Assembly (NCBI GenBank): GCA_963835065.1
Contig: CAWIEK010000060.1
Span: 64,001 to 128,000, forward strand
From: an uncultured Chthonomonadaceae bacterium
GTDB taxonomy: Bacteria > Armatimonadota > Chthonomonadetes > Chthonomonadales > Chthonomonadaceae
Length of the DNA: 64,000 nucleotides
Reading direction: 5' to 3'
The position numbers were made by a program, and so were the translations under genes. Below are positions 29,736 to 41,082 of this stretch, in pieces (within the stretch, counting starts at the first letter, position 1; every line of letters starts with the position of its first letter). The notes under the pieces are model-generated. The model ran no database searches. It was not told the DNA's origin and saw only the letters and a list, made by a program, of their open reading frames with translations.

Positions 29736-32700
29736 ATGACCCCCACAGTACCGAAGCAGACGAGTCATTTTACATCACGGGGGGAACGCTTCCGCCCGAT
29801 GCGCGTTCCTACATCGCCCGCGATGCCGACGACGCCCTGTACAACGCCCTGCTTGCCGGCGAAACCTGCTACGTCCTCAACAGTCGGCAGATGGGCAAAA
29901 GCAGCCTGTGCGTTCGCGCAATGGGCAGGCTGCAAGACGCGGGGGCGCGTACCGTTTTCCTCGATCTGTCCAAGTTCGGCGCCAATAACCCGACCGTAGA
30001 ACAATGGTACTTTACGCTCCTCAACGAAATCGGCAGGGAACTCGATTGTCGCCCCGCCCTGTTCGCGTACTGGAAGCAAAATGACGCCCTGCCGTTCGTG
30101 CAGCGCGTGTTCGGCGCTCTGACCGACATCGCGCTGCCCGCCGCCCCCTCCTCCATCGTCGTGTTTGTGGACGAGATTGACATCACGCGGACGCTGCCGT
30201 TCGAGACGGACGAGTTCTTTGCCGCGATACGGCAACTCGTGGTGGGCAGAGCAACGGACGCGAAGCTGAAGAAGTTGGCGTTCTGTCTGTTGGGAACCGC
30301 CGCGCCGCAGGACCTCATTCAAAACACGGCCATCACGCCCTTCAATGTCGGCAAGCGCGTGGAAGTGACGGACTTTACCCCGCAGGAAGCCGCGCCCCTT
30401 GCAGAAGGATTGAACCACGGGGGACACGGGGAACACGGGGGAAAGCGGGAAAGGGAAAGCAGGGGAGAGAAACTGCTGCAACGGGTATTGTATTGGACCA
30501 ACGGCCACCCCTACCTGACGCAACGCCTATGCAGCGCCATAGTCGAAGCCCAAACTCCTCCTCCGACACCCGACACCCGAAACCCGATACCCTCTCCTCG
30601 ACACCCGACACCCGACACCCGACACCCTCCGTGGACTCCCTCTGCCACAACCTCTTCCTCTCCCACGCGGCGACGGAAAGCGACGACAACCTTGCCAATG
30701 TGCGCAACCGCCTGCTCAAAAACGACGCGGACATGGCTTCGCTGCTCACGCTGTACGGGCAGATACGGGAAGGCAAGCGCGTACCGGATGACGAAACCAA
30801 TCCCCTCTGCGCGTTGCTAAAGTTGAGCGGCGTGGCGAAAGTGGAAAACGGTTTGTTGAAGGTACGCAACCGCATCTACGCGACCGTGTTCGATGCGAAG
30901 TGGGTCACAACCCACATGCCGGACGCCGAACTGCGACGGCAGAAGGAAGCGTACCGCAAAGGCGTGACGCGAACAGGAGCGTGGGCGGGAGCGATTATCA
31001 CGTTGTTTGTCTGTCTCGCCGCGTTCGCCTTCTCCAAAGCCAACGAAGCCCAAAGCAATGCAAGAGAGGCTCACAAACAGACCAGGTTGGCGCAGCAAAA
31101 TGCGCAGTTGGCACAACGAAATGCTGAGAAGGAGACTGCTGCCCGCGCCGACGCCGACAAAAGCGCGCAGCAGGCTCGTAACAATGCGCAGAAAGCACAG
31201 AAGCAGACACAACTCGCCAAACAACGTTTGAAGGACGTACAAAAAGCCAACTCGGCTACCCAAAAGGCTCTCACGAAAGCACAGCAAAATGCCATAGAAG
31301 CTAGGAAACAGGCACATCTTGCCTCCGACAACGCCCGTCGCGCGGAGCAGGCCAACGGCAATGCTTCCAAAGAGAGCGCGACACGCTCGCAAGGCAGAGC
31401 AACTCGCGCTAGAAGAGAAAGACAAAGCCAACCACAACCTGTACGTTGCCAACATGAACCTGATACAAAGGGATTGGGACAACAACAATGTCGGGAGTGT
31501 ATTGGAGTTGTTGGAAGCGACACGCCAACGATACTCCCACGAGTTCGAGTGGGGATACTGGAACCGCCAGTGTCATCTGGATTTGAAAACGCTCAAAGGG
31601 CATACAGACGATGTTGATGCCGTCGCCTTCTCTGCCGACGGCAAGCGGATTGTCACGGGCAGCAGCGACAAAACGGCGAAGGTATGGGATGCGCAAACCG
31701 GACAGGTAACACTTACGCTCAATGGGCATACGAACTTTGTTACTGCCGTCTGCTTCTCTCCCGATGGCAAGCGGATTGTCACAGGCAGTTGGGACAAAAC
31801 GGCCAAGGTGTGGGACGCGCAAAGCGGACAGCCACTGCTCACGCTCAAAGGGCATACAGACAATGTTGATTCCGTCTGCTTACTCTCCCGATGGCAAGAG
31901 GATTGTCACGGGAAGTAGGGACAACACAGCGAAAGTGTGGGATGCGCAAACCGGACAGGAAATACTTACGCTCAAAGGGCATACTCCCAGTTACTATGCC
32001 GTCGCCTTCTCTCCCGATGGCAAGCGGATTGTCACAGGTGGTTACGACAAGACGGCGAAGGTGTGGGACGCGCAAAGCGGACAGCCACTGTTCACGCTCA
32101 AAGGACATACAAACGATATTGATGCCGTACGCCTTCTCGCCCGATGGCAAGAGGATTGTCACAGGCAGTAGGGACAAAACAGTGAAGGTGTGGGATGCGC
32201 AAACTGGGCAGGAAACACTCACGCTCAATGGGCATACAAACGATGTCCTTGCCGTTGCCTACTCACCAGATGGCAAGAGGATGGTCACAGGCAGCTGGGA
32301 CGACACGGCGAAGGTGTGGGACGCCCAGAGTGGACAGGAGACACTTACGCTCAAAGGACATACTAGTTTTGTTACTGCCGTCGCCTTCTCTCCCGATGGC
32401 AAGAGAATCGTGACGGGTAGTTGGGACAAAACAGTGAAGGTGTGGGATGCGCAAACTGGACAGGAAACACTTACACTCAAAGGACATACGAACACTATCG
32501 CCGCTGTTGCCTTCTCGCCGGATGGCAAGAGGATTGTCACGAGTAGCGGAAATGTTTTTTCAGGTGGTTACGACAAAACGGCGAAGGTGTGGGACGCGCA
32601 AAGCGGACAGCCACTGCTCACGCTCAAAGGACATACGAACTTTGTTACTGCCGTCGCCTTCTCTCCCGATGGCAAGAGAATCGTGACGGGTAGTAATGAC

Positions 32701-32757
32701 CACACGGCGAAAGTGTGGATTTCCGATCCGAATGCAAAAAGTCTGCGTGAAAAATAG
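29736..32757 (+). CDS. AAA_35 (STAND-like) NTPase - TM - coiled coil - 9x WD40 protein, five apparent frameshifts
   Basis: FYITGGTL, RQMGKSS, VFVDEID, TPFNVG, WTNGHPYLTQ, VRNRIY, TM helix, Ala/Gln/Lys coiled coil, GHT...WD repeats. Breaks near 29742, 30590, 31380, 31878 and 32130. Confidence 0.82.
31585..32720 (+). repeat. Nine highly similar ~126-bp WD40 coding repeats
   Basis: Recurrent ACGCTCAA(A/T)GG(G/A)CATAC...GATGGCAAG...GTGTGGGA(T/C)GCGCAAA. Confidence 0.9.
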
Positions 32758-32854
32758 AATTCGACAGCAGGCAACAACTGTCACTAACAGTTTAGATTTT
32801 GTGCGCAACATTCCATCACGCGCCCGCAGTTCCGCGCTTTTCAGGAGGGGCTTC

Positions 32855-34927
32855 ATGCCTGCCAGCACAGCCTTTGACGCGCGTATCGCGCACGTTCTCT
32901 TTCTCGACATCGTTGGTTACTCCCGCCAGACGACGACGGCTCAGTCGCGCCTGATAGAGAAACTGAACGCTGTCCTCAACACCGTTCCCACGCTTGTCGC
33001 TGCAAAGTCCGCCGAAGCCGTCCACATTATGCCCCTTGGCGACGGCATGCCGCTCGCGTTCTGGGAGGATGTCCTCGCGCCCGTTCGCGCCGCTGTCGAA
33101 ATCGCTCATGCCGCCAACCGGAACGCGCTGCCCCTTCGCATCGGCCTTCACAGCGGGCTTGTTTTGCCGCAGATAGACGCCGCAGGCCGCGATAACTTTA
33201 TCGGGGAAGGCATCAACACCGCGCAGCGCGTCATGGACTTCGGCGATGCCGGACACATCCTCCTCTCCGCCCAATACGCCGCGTGGCTTCAGCACTTCGA
33301 CGAATGGGCTGATTTAATCCACCCGCTCGGCGAAGGAACCGCCAAACACGACCAGATCATCTCCCTGTACAGCCTGTACGGGGAGGATTTCGGGCTTGCC
33401 ACTCCGCCCGCCAAACTCACCAGGCCCGCCACAAACCAGTCCACTCCCGCCGCGCAAATTGTCGCGCCCGGCAAGCGCATCGTACTGCTGTATCGTCCCA
33501 ATCTCCAGCCCGACGAGAACGTTCTGCACACGCTCGAAGCCCGCCTGCAAATGCTGGGGCACGAGGTCTTCATAGACCACCAACAAAAAATCAGCCCCGC
33601 GTGGGCCAGAGCCGTTGAGGAGCCAATTCGCCGCGCCGACGCCGTTGTCGCCATCGTTTCTCCGCTCTCCCTTCGCTCCGAAATGCTCGAATACGAGGTC
33701 GAAACCGCGCACGACCAGTTCCTCCACTCCGGCAAACCCATCCTCCTGCCCGTTCGTATCGGCCCGGAAGAGCCGCCGGAAGGAGCCATCGTTTCCATCC
33801 TCCAGCCGCTCCATTATTTCACCTGGAACAGCCCCGACGACGACGAGCGCCTGATTGCCGAACTTTTATCCGCCATTACCGAACCCCTCAAGCCTCGTTC
33901 CGAAGAGATACAGTTGGAACCCATTGGCGGCGCGGTTCCTCCCAACTCTCCGTTTTACGTGCGCCGGGAGTGCGATGCGGAGTTTTTCAAGGCGCTGGAC
34001 GCGCGCGAAAGTATCCTGTTGGTGAAAGGGGCGCGGCAGGTCGGCAAAACCTCCCTGCTGGCGCAGGGAATCATTCACGCGGAGGAAGCAGGCTATCGCG
34101 TTGCCATGACCGACTTCCAGAAGTTCAATACCGCCCAACTCGCGTCCGATGAAATCTTCTACAAACTGCTTGCCACCATCCTTATGCGGCAATTAAAGTT
34201 TGCCTACGATTTTGAAGGCGCCTGGAACGCGATTTTAGGGGGAAATATGTGCATGGAGGACTTCCTGCGTGACCTTCTGAATTCTGCCGGGGAACATCTG
34301 GTCTGGTTCATGGACGAAGTAGACAAAGTCTTTGCCGCGCCGTTTGCCACCGACTTCTTCGCCCTCGTTCGCTCGTGGCACAACTCCCGCTCCACCGAGC
34401 GCTCCGGTCCCTGGCGCAAGCTCACGGTCGTCATCGGCTACGCCACCGAAGCCCATCTCTTCATTCGAGACCTCAATCAATCCCCGTTCAACGTCGGGCG
34501 CAAACTTAATCTGGAGGACTTCAAGCTTCAGCAGACCGCGGACCTGAATGGACGGTATGGCGGGCCGTTGAAAAGCCACGCCGAAGCCGAAGCCCTCTAC
34601 GCCCTGATTGGCGGACAGCCCTTCCTCACCCGCGCTGCCCTCGACGCGCTGGCGTCCGGGCGCGAATCGCTGCCTTCCCTCCTCGCACACGCCGACGCGG
34701 ATGACGGACCGTTCAGCGACCACCTCAAGCGCCTGCTTATCTCCGTTTCCGTTCTGCCGGATGTGGCCGATTATGCGCGGGCTGTGCTTGCCGGTTCCGC
34801 CCTGCCGCATCAGGACGCCTATTACCGCCTGCTTTCCGCCGGAATCATCAAGCATCCCGGCGGCGGCAAGGTAGATTTCCGCTGCGAACTCTACCGCCGC
34901 TATCTTTCCCGCCTGTTGCCGGCATAG
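32855..34927 (+). CDS. Class III nucleotide cyclase + TIR + AAA_35 NTPase
   Basis: FLDIVGYS, GDG, RIGLHSG, GEGINTAQRVM (cyclase); VFID...AW...SEMLEYEV (TIR); GARQVGKTS, MDEVD, SPFNVG, GGQPFL (AAA_35). ATG after SD AGGAGG. Confidence 0.9.
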   Translation: MPASTAFDARIAHVLFLDIVGYSRQTTTAQSRLIEKLNAVLNTVPTLVAAKSAEAVHIMPLGDGMPLAFWEDVLAPVRAAVEIAHAANRNALPLRIGLHSGLVLPQIDAAGRDNFIGEGINTAQRVMDFGDAGHILLSAQYAAWLQHFDEWADLIHPLGEGTAKHDQIISLYSLYGEDFGLATPPAKLTRPATNQSTPAAQIVAPGKRIVLLYRPNLQPDENVLHTLEARLQMLGHEVFIDHQQKISPAWARAVEEPIRRADAVVAIVSPLSLRSEMLEYEVETAHDQFLHSGKPILLPVRIGPEEPPEGAIVSILQPLHYFTWNSPDDDERLIAELLSAITEPLKPRSEEIQLEPIGGAVPPNSPFYVRRECDAEFFKALDARESILLVKGARQVGKTSLLAQGIIHAEEAGYRVAMTDFQKFNTAQLASDEIFYKLLATILMRQLKFAYDFEGAWNAILGGNMCMEDFLRDLLNSAGEHLVWFMDEVDKVFAAPFATDFFALVRSWHNSRSTERSGPWRKLTVVIGYATEAHLFIRDLNQSPFNVGRKLNLEDFKLQQTADLNGRYGGPLKSHAEAEALYALIGGQPFLTRAALDALASGRESLPSLLAHADADDGPFSDHLKRLLISVSVLPDVADYARAVLAGSALPHQDAYYRLLSAGIIKHPGGGKVDFRCELYRRYLSRLLPA

Positions 34928-35017
34928 CGCTCTGTTCTCCTATAGTATAATATCCTACACATCGTGTCATTCGTCAGCAGTGACTGTGGCGGTCAACCTG
35001 CGCAGGAGAGGGCATCT

Positions 35018-35140
35018 ATGAACACAAACTTGGTTGTTGAGATAGTTGGCGGTGAACCGTATGTGTTCGCGCCGTTAGGACACTACATTGTTCGTGCCGT
35101 CGGGGTTTGTGGCGGGCGTCCGACAGTCATCATGGTATAA
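35018..35140 (+). pseudogene. Truncated DUF433-like antitoxin fragment
   Basis: SD CAGGAG; YIVRAVGVCGGRPT then an early stop. Confidence 0.5.
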
Positions 35141-35170
35141 TGAAAAGCCGACGCGAAAGGAACTGTAGCA

Positions 35171-35413
35171 ATGGAAGAAAGCGAACTCTCTCCTGACGCG
35201 CAACGCGAACAGGCTGCGTTGCAAGTGTCCATCGAACGTATGCGTATCGAACGCCTTGAACTCGCTGCCCAAAACCGCGACTTACAGGCTCTCATCGAAC
35301 GCGAAGAACGGTTTGCAGCGCATCTTCGGGAGGTTATTGCAGCGTCCTGCGCCGAGCGTCAAGCCATAGAAGCCGAAAAATCCCGTATTTTTAGCGCCGC
35401 AGGACGTTCCTAA
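35171..35413 (+). CDS. Small coiled-coil hypothetical protein
   Basis: 80 aa, heptad-like; stop overlaps the next ATG (TAATG). Confidence 0.6.
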   Translation: MEESELSPDAQREQAALQVSIERMRIERLELAAQNRDLQALIEREERFAAHLREVIAASCAERQAIEAEKSRIFSAAGRS

Positions 35414-35532
35414 TGCGCCGTACTTTGCGCCAGTCTGTCCGTACTCGCTATGAATTTCGGTGTGGCTATTGCGGCATTAGTGAGACCAATATCGGGGCGG
35501 AAAGGGGTATGCGCAGTGCATGGCGGAAATGA
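35413..35532 (+). pseudogene. Truncated HNH endonuclease N-terminus
   Basis: MRRTLRQSVRTRYEFRCGYCGISETNIGAE then unrelated sequence and a stop; no DH/N core. Confidence 0.6.
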
Positions 35533-35800
35533 TTGCGGCGCAACGCTTCAACGAGCGGGAAGGCACGGTGATAGCGCGTCTCGCCGGGGTGGTGACTATC
35601 GGGGAGTTGTGGCGGTTTATGGAGTTGGAGGGAACAACCGCGCGGCTGGATTCGCGCAGTTATCACATTGATCGCTTGCACAAGATCATGGGTATTTTGC
35701 TGCATTTGACCGGGATGTGCCCCTCAACGGACGGCGCGGCGCAACCCTGAAGATAATGGCGGTCGGTGGCATTGCGAGTAAGCAGAGTGGAGAAGCCAGA

Positions 35801-37530
35801 ATGAATTGGAACGAGGTGTTGACACCGGAGAAACTTCAACACTATGCGGGAAGCCGCTCGTATGCGGCAGGTGTCGAATACGCCCATGCCGGAGCCGTCA
35901 CCGGCCTGGTGGCGAGCGAACACGCGCTTACGGCGTTTGTACAGGGAACGGAAACCTATGAGGTCACACTGGAAGTTGACGCGGAAGGCGATTTGCTCGC
36001 GGATTGCTCCTGCCCCTACGGAGCTGAAGGCAATTTCTGCAAACATTGTGTCGCGGTCGGCATTGCCTGGCGGGAAGACGCCGTTTCTGCCGAAGGAACT
36101 TCTGTGCCGACCTGGACAGCGTTTCAGGAGTATCTGGAAAAACAGGAGAAAGCAACCCTCGTCGCTCTCTTACTCGAACAAGTCCGCAAAGACACCAACC
36201 TGCAAAATCATCTCCTGCTCAAAATCGCGCAGGCTGCGCCCGATGCCCCCGACATGAACGCCTTTCGTAAAACCATTCGGCGTACCTTTGCCGTTTCGGG
36301 TTTTCTCGAATACGGGGAGGTCTACGATTATGTCAGCGGCATTGAAACGGTTCTCCAATCGCTGCGGGCGTTGCTGAAAAGCGGCTTCGCACTGGAAACC
36401 CGGCAACTGACCGAATATGCCCTCGGAGAACTGTACGAACAAATCCCCAACGCCGACGACTCCAGTGGCTCTATCGGAGGTGTGTTATCGGAACTGCACG
36501 TCCTGCATCTTCAGGCCACGCTCCAGGCTCCGCCGCCACTGCAAGAGTTGGTGGAATGGCTGTTGAAAATCGAACTGGCAACAGAGTGGGACATCGAAGT
36601 CGGCTGGAAAGACTACCTGCCGGTTCTGGGCGAATGGGGGAAGCAACGCTTCTGCGCGGAAGTAAAAGCCCGATGGGAAGCGTTGCCCCACCTTGCCCCC
36701 GGTGACAAATCCGCCTACTCCGGCAGCCGTTATGCCCTCACGCGCTTGATGATCGCGTTTGCCGAAGAACAGGATGATTTACACGCTGTTATCGCCATCA
36801 AAAAGCGCAATCTGTCCTTGCCGTATCACTTTCTGGAAATCGCCCAACTCTATAACAAGGCTGGAGAACCCGACGCTGCCCTGGAGTGGGCGGAGAAAGG
36901 CCGCGCGGCGTTCCCGGACAATACCGACGAACGTTTGCTCGACTTTCTGATGGAAGAATATACGCGCCGGGAGCGCTATGGAGACGCCTATGCCATTCTC
37001 TGGCAGCGCTTTGTGGAACGCCCCATGCTTGTCGCCTACCAACTCCTCCGCGAGTATGCGCAGGTGCGTGGCGAATGGGACGCCTGGCGCGAGCGTTGCT
37101 GGCAGCATCTCCGCGCCGCGCGGGCGCAAAAACCGAAGCCGAAAACGGCGGGATCGCTATGGTTCCCACATGCCTATGACCATTCGGAAGAGGTGCGTAT
37201 TTTGCTATGGGAGGGACGAAACGATGAGGCCTGGCAGGAAGCGAGCGACGGCGACTGTTCCAGAGACCTGTGGCTGGCGCTGGCTTCCACACGCGAAGTA
37301 AGCCATCCAGAAGACGCGCTGCGCCTCTATCAAGAGGAGGCGAGAAGAGGATCGCGGCAGCCACCGGGGATTATAGCGAACCGTTACGCTTTCTGCTCAA
37401 AGCGCGCGAGATTCTGTTGCGAACCGGACGCGGCGACGAGTTCCGCAGCTATAGTCAGCGTCTGCGTACCGAACACAAACGCAAACGCAACTTTATCAAA
37501 TTGCTCGACGCCAACCATTTCCCGGCCTGA
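35801..37530 (+). CDS. SWIM zinc-finger domain helical protein (apparent frameshift about 37343)
   Basis: VQGTETYEV, CSCPY...FCKHCVA. The C-terminal LRTEHKRKRNFIKLLD is in the shifted frame. Confidence 0.85.
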
Positions 37531-37603
37531 CGCGCCTGCCGCTTGCGACGAACCGGGGCGCAACGGGTACGGATAGAGCAACCTCGAAAATTCCTTACGC
37601 TTT

Positions 37604-38023
37604 TCAGTGCTTGAATTTGGAGGCTTCGGCGGCGACATGGGGCGGAAGCATTTCGGCGGAAAAGCGGACGAACTGCGTGGGCGGGTTTTTGCCCGGACGG
37701 TGTACGACGAGCAGACCCTTCTGAAGGTCCTCGCAGTAGATCACGTTTCCCATCGCGCCGTTCATGGTCATGCCGCCATGAATGAAGTTGTATTCCGCAA
37801 TCCGTATCAGGCGCAGGCCGTCCAGCCGCACCTTGTCGGTTTTGAAAATCTCGCCGCCAATATGTCCCAACAGTTTCAGCAGCAGGTCATCTTCCGCCGG
37901 TTCGCCAAGCGCGAAGAAGTCCGGGTCTTCGCCGAAGTTGTCGAAAAAGTATTCAAACACGTCGGCGAAGACTTTGGCGGTGGCGATTTTGTAGCGCAGG
38001 GTTTCGAGCAGGGTGATGTCCAT
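37604..38023 (-). CDS. Hypothetical protein
   Basis: 139-aa ORF with host-like codon use. Confidence 0.75.
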   Translation of the reverse strand: MDITLLETLRYKIATAKVFADVFEYFFDNFGEDPDFFALGEPAEDDLLLKLLGHIGGEIFKTDKVRLDGLRLIRIAEYNFIHGGMTMNGAMGNVIYCEDLQKGLLVVHRPGKNPPTQFVRFSAEMLPPHVAAEASKFKH

Positions 38024-38363
38024 CGGTTGGCTTCTTTCGTGTATTCATTTCACAGGGTAAGCGGGACGGCAGCGTCCTTTCTGCTTGGTATTTCGTGATT
38101 GCGCGGTGATATTCCTTTTTCCAAACTAACAGGGCGTAGATCGCAAAAAGGAGAGCCAAAGGCCGTCTTGATTCTATGTTCTCTTTCGTGCCACAATCTG
38201 CCGGGATTGGAGACGCAATGGCTCTGAAGAGGCAATGGCTCTGAAGCCGTAACGGATTTACAAGCCGGTATAACCTAATATCCGTCCGACAACTACCATA
38301 GATTGGGTTCCGACCTCCTTTTATCTCGCCGCTTAGTATTTTGTATTGGAGAGACACAGGCAC

Positions 38364-39332
38364 ATGCGTACCATCAACATCGGTTCACGGGCCAGTCAGC
38401 TTGCGCGGACACAGGCGCAGGGCATTGCGGAAATGCTGCGGCAGGCGCATCCCGGCCTGGACGCGCGGCTGCGCATTGTGTCCACGCATGGCGACCGGGA
38501 CCGAGTGACCAGCCTGCGCAGCCTGGGCGCGACGGGCGTGTTTACCAAAGAACTGGAAATCGAGCTATTTGAGGGTACGATTGACCTGGCGGTTCATTCG
38601 CTCAAGGACGTGCCCACCACCCTGCCGGACGGTTTGATATTAGGCGCGGTTCCGCCCCGCGAAGACCTGCGGGACGCGCTGTGCGGCGCGCGCTTGTCCG
38701 ACCTGAACCCCGGCGCGCGGGTTGGAACGGGTTCGCCGCGCCGACAGGCGCAATTACTGCACCTGCGCCCCGATCTGGAAATCGTTCCCCTGCGCGGTAA
38801 CGTTCCGACCCGCCTGCAGCGTCTAAAAGGCGCGGACAAAGTAGACGCCGTGCTGCTGGCGGCTGCCGGTCTGCACCGATTGGGCTACGCGCAGCATATC
38901 ACGGAACTGCTGCCGCTGGAACAGTTTCCCCCGTCACCCTCACAGGGCGCATTAGGACTGGAAATTCGGGAGGAAGACGCAGGGTTACGGGCACAGCTTG
39001 CCGCGCTGGATGACAAAAGCGCGAGTTTGGCGGTGCGGGCGGAACGCGCTCTGCTCAATGAACTGCACGGCGGATGCAGCGTACCCGTCGGCGCGTATGG
39101 GCTGGTTCAAAACGACGCTTTGTTTTTGCGGGCGCAGGTGACATCATTGGACGGGCGCGACGCGGTTATTCAGGAAATGACCTATCCCCTGAACGCGCCC
39201 GATTTCACGCCTGAAGCTGCAGGCCGCGAACTGGCAAACCGCCTGCGCGACGCGGGCGCAGGCGACATTTTAGCCCGCATCCGCATTGCCGACGATCCCG
39301 ACGTACGCAACGCGGAACAGGCGCTCACGTAA
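38364..39332 (+). CDS. hemC: Hydroxymethylbilane synthase
   Basis: IGSRASQLA, GVFTKELE, AVHSLKDVP, GTGSPRR, RGNVPTRL, GGCSVPVGA. Confidence 0.96.
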   Translation: MRTINIGSRASQLARTQAQGIAEMLRQAHPGLDARLRIVSTHGDRDRVTSLRSLGATGVFTKELEIELFEGTIDLAVHSLKDVPTTLPDGLILGAVPPREDLRDALCGARLSDLNPGARVGTGSPRRQAQLLHLRPDLEIVPLRGNVPTRLQRLKGADKVDAVLLAAAGLHRLGYAQHITELLPLEQFPPSPSQGALGLEIREEDAGLRAQLAALDDKSASLAVRAERALLNELHGGCSVPVGAYGLVQNDALFLRAQVTSLDGRDAVIQEMTYPLNAPDFTPEAAGRELANRLRDAGAGDILARIRIADDPDVRNAEQALT

Positions 39333-39510
39333 GAAGCAGGAGATATTACCTGCGATTTTCCGATATTTTACTGCTGTACGCGCCTCGCCACGAACGTTTA
39401 TGTCTGTCTGAGCCGTCATAATAATGGCACAACTTTGTTGCCGGCAATCTTTTCCTGCCTCTCGCCTTTATCCCCTGTGCCGTCTCTTTCCTGGAAGAAG
39501 TGGAGAAACC

Positions 39511-40272
39511 ATGTTGAAATCTCGCGCGTTCACGCTGATTGAATTGCTCGTTGTCATCGCCATTATCGCCATCCTCGCCGCCATCCTGTTTCCCGTCTTC
39601 GCGCAAGCGCGGGAAAAGGCGCGGCAGACAAGCTGCCTGTCTAATCTCAAGCAGATCGGTACGGCTACATTAATGTATGTGCAGGATTACGACAAATCCT
39701 ATCCCAATGAAGGCGGTTACCAAACGCCGCTGTACTTTCAGCCCACCGCCGACAGTACGCCCCTGCGCGACATCCAACCCTACGCCAAAAATTACGATCT
39801 TTACAAATGCCCCAGTTCCTCCAACTTCATCAGTCTGACGCCCGCCACGCCCCATAAGGAATACCGGGCCGCCATCCTCCCCAGCGGCGTGATCTTCGGC
39901 GTACAGTGTAAATACCAGCAGTTCGGCGGGCGTTGCGGCATGAACATTTCGGGGATTGTCCAGCCCGCTTCTGTCGTCATGATGCGCGATCACCACGACA
40001 GCTTTGACGCCGACATTCTCCGCCCCATTTACAACAGCGCCGACCACTTCTACTATGCCGTTGCCGATTCGCGCCCGGCCTCTACGTGGGGTATTCACAC
40101 GGAGGGCAACGTCCTGCTTTATTCCGATGGTCACTCCAAGTGGAAGAAGACGATTGCGATTACGCCCCGCGATTTCGGCCTGGGCAGCAATGGTACGCAC
40201 AGTGCCGACCAGGGCAATTTGACCGGGAATGAAGCGGGCCTGCCCATTGATCCCACCCTGGTAAGCCAGTGA
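39511..40272 (+). CDS. Prepilin-type N-terminal cleavage/methylation protein with H-X9-DG motif (DUF1559-like)
   Basis: [45 protein letters not shown]...[16 protein letters not shown]. Confidence 0.92.
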   Translation: MLKSRAFTLIELLVVIAIIAILAAILFPVFAQAREKARQTSCLSNLKQIGTATLMYVQDYDKSYPNEGGYQTPLYFQPTADSTPLRDIQPYAKNYDLYKCPSSSNFISLTPATPHKEYRAAILPSGVIFGVQCKYQQFGGRCGMNISGIVQPASVVMMRDHHDSFDADILRPIYNSADHFYYAVADSRPASTWGIHTEGNVLLYSDGHSKWKKTIAITPRDFGLGSNGTHSADQGNLTGNEAGLPIDPTLVSQ

Positions 40273-40404
40273 TCTATACCGACTGCCAACCGGTTTAACG
40301 TTGGCATCACAGCGGCACGGGTGTGAAGGAGATATAGCATCACTATCACGTAAGCGCCAATCGGTTGAAGATTTGCAGGGCAGTCCTGGAAGGAAACGGA
40401 AGTT

Positions 40405-41082
40405 ATGAGGATCGCGCAAGGAATTTTGTTGTCGGCGGTATTGTCCGCCGCGTCAGTGGTCCTGTTGGGAAAAATTTCCGGCGGGCAGCAAACCGTGAAG
40501 GCGCAGGCGACCGGGGAAGGCAAAATCGGCAAACCCCTGTTTGTCACGGCTGCGACAAGTATGTGTGGGCCGATGGAGCAGGAGTATCCCTTCGACGCCC
40601 AAACCTATGGCAAGGTAAGTGGGTATAGTCCCGCAACTTCCGAAGCCGCGAAAATCGTTCTTTATACCCGCGCCCTTGATAAAAACTTCTTTCGCGTCGC
40701 TGCCGCGATAGACGCGCTTGTCGCCAAGAACAAAAGCCTCACGGAGTCACTGGTCATCGTGATGGATGAAAAGGGCGCGCAGCGGGGCGGTTACAGCGTG
40801 GAAGAAGTTCAGCAGCGCCGAAATGAGATACGCAGGCTTGCCGCGCAGAATCACATCACGCATCTTACCTTCTTCCTTTCCGCGCCCAAAGCCGAATCCA
40901 TAGCCCCACGCCTGGGACTGACCGACACCAATCTGCTCATTGCCGACCTTGTCCGCGCCGACGTTCCCGACAAACACGCGCTCGTGCAGTGGTTCACGCG
41001 CCTGGATACCACGCATTTGTCCGAGCAAGCCTTTCAGGAAACTCTCGCCTCCCTTCGGGAAAGAATGAAAAGCGATGGCTGA
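40405..41082 (+). CDS. Exported hypothetical protein
   Basis: Signal-like N-terminus, 225 aa. Confidence 0.7.
   Translation: MRIAQGILLSAVLSAASVVLLGKISGGQQTVKAQATGEGKIGKPLFVTAATSMCGPMEQEYPFDAQTYGKVSGYSPATSEAAKIVLYTRALDKNFFRVAAAIDALVAKNKSLTESLVIVMDEKGAQRGGYSVEEVQQRRNEIRRLAAQNHITHLTFFLSAPKAESIAPRLGLTDTNLLIADLVRADVPDKHALVQWFTRLDTTHLSEQAFQETLASLRERMKSDG

Noticed and set aside
31585..32720. CRISPR array or DGR
   Set aside because: Repeats are in-frame WD40 units without unique spacers; there is no cas or RT gene and no template/variable repeat pair.
20742..37530. Prophage or integrative element
   Set aside because: No integrase, phage structural genes, tRNA target or flanking direct repeats seen.
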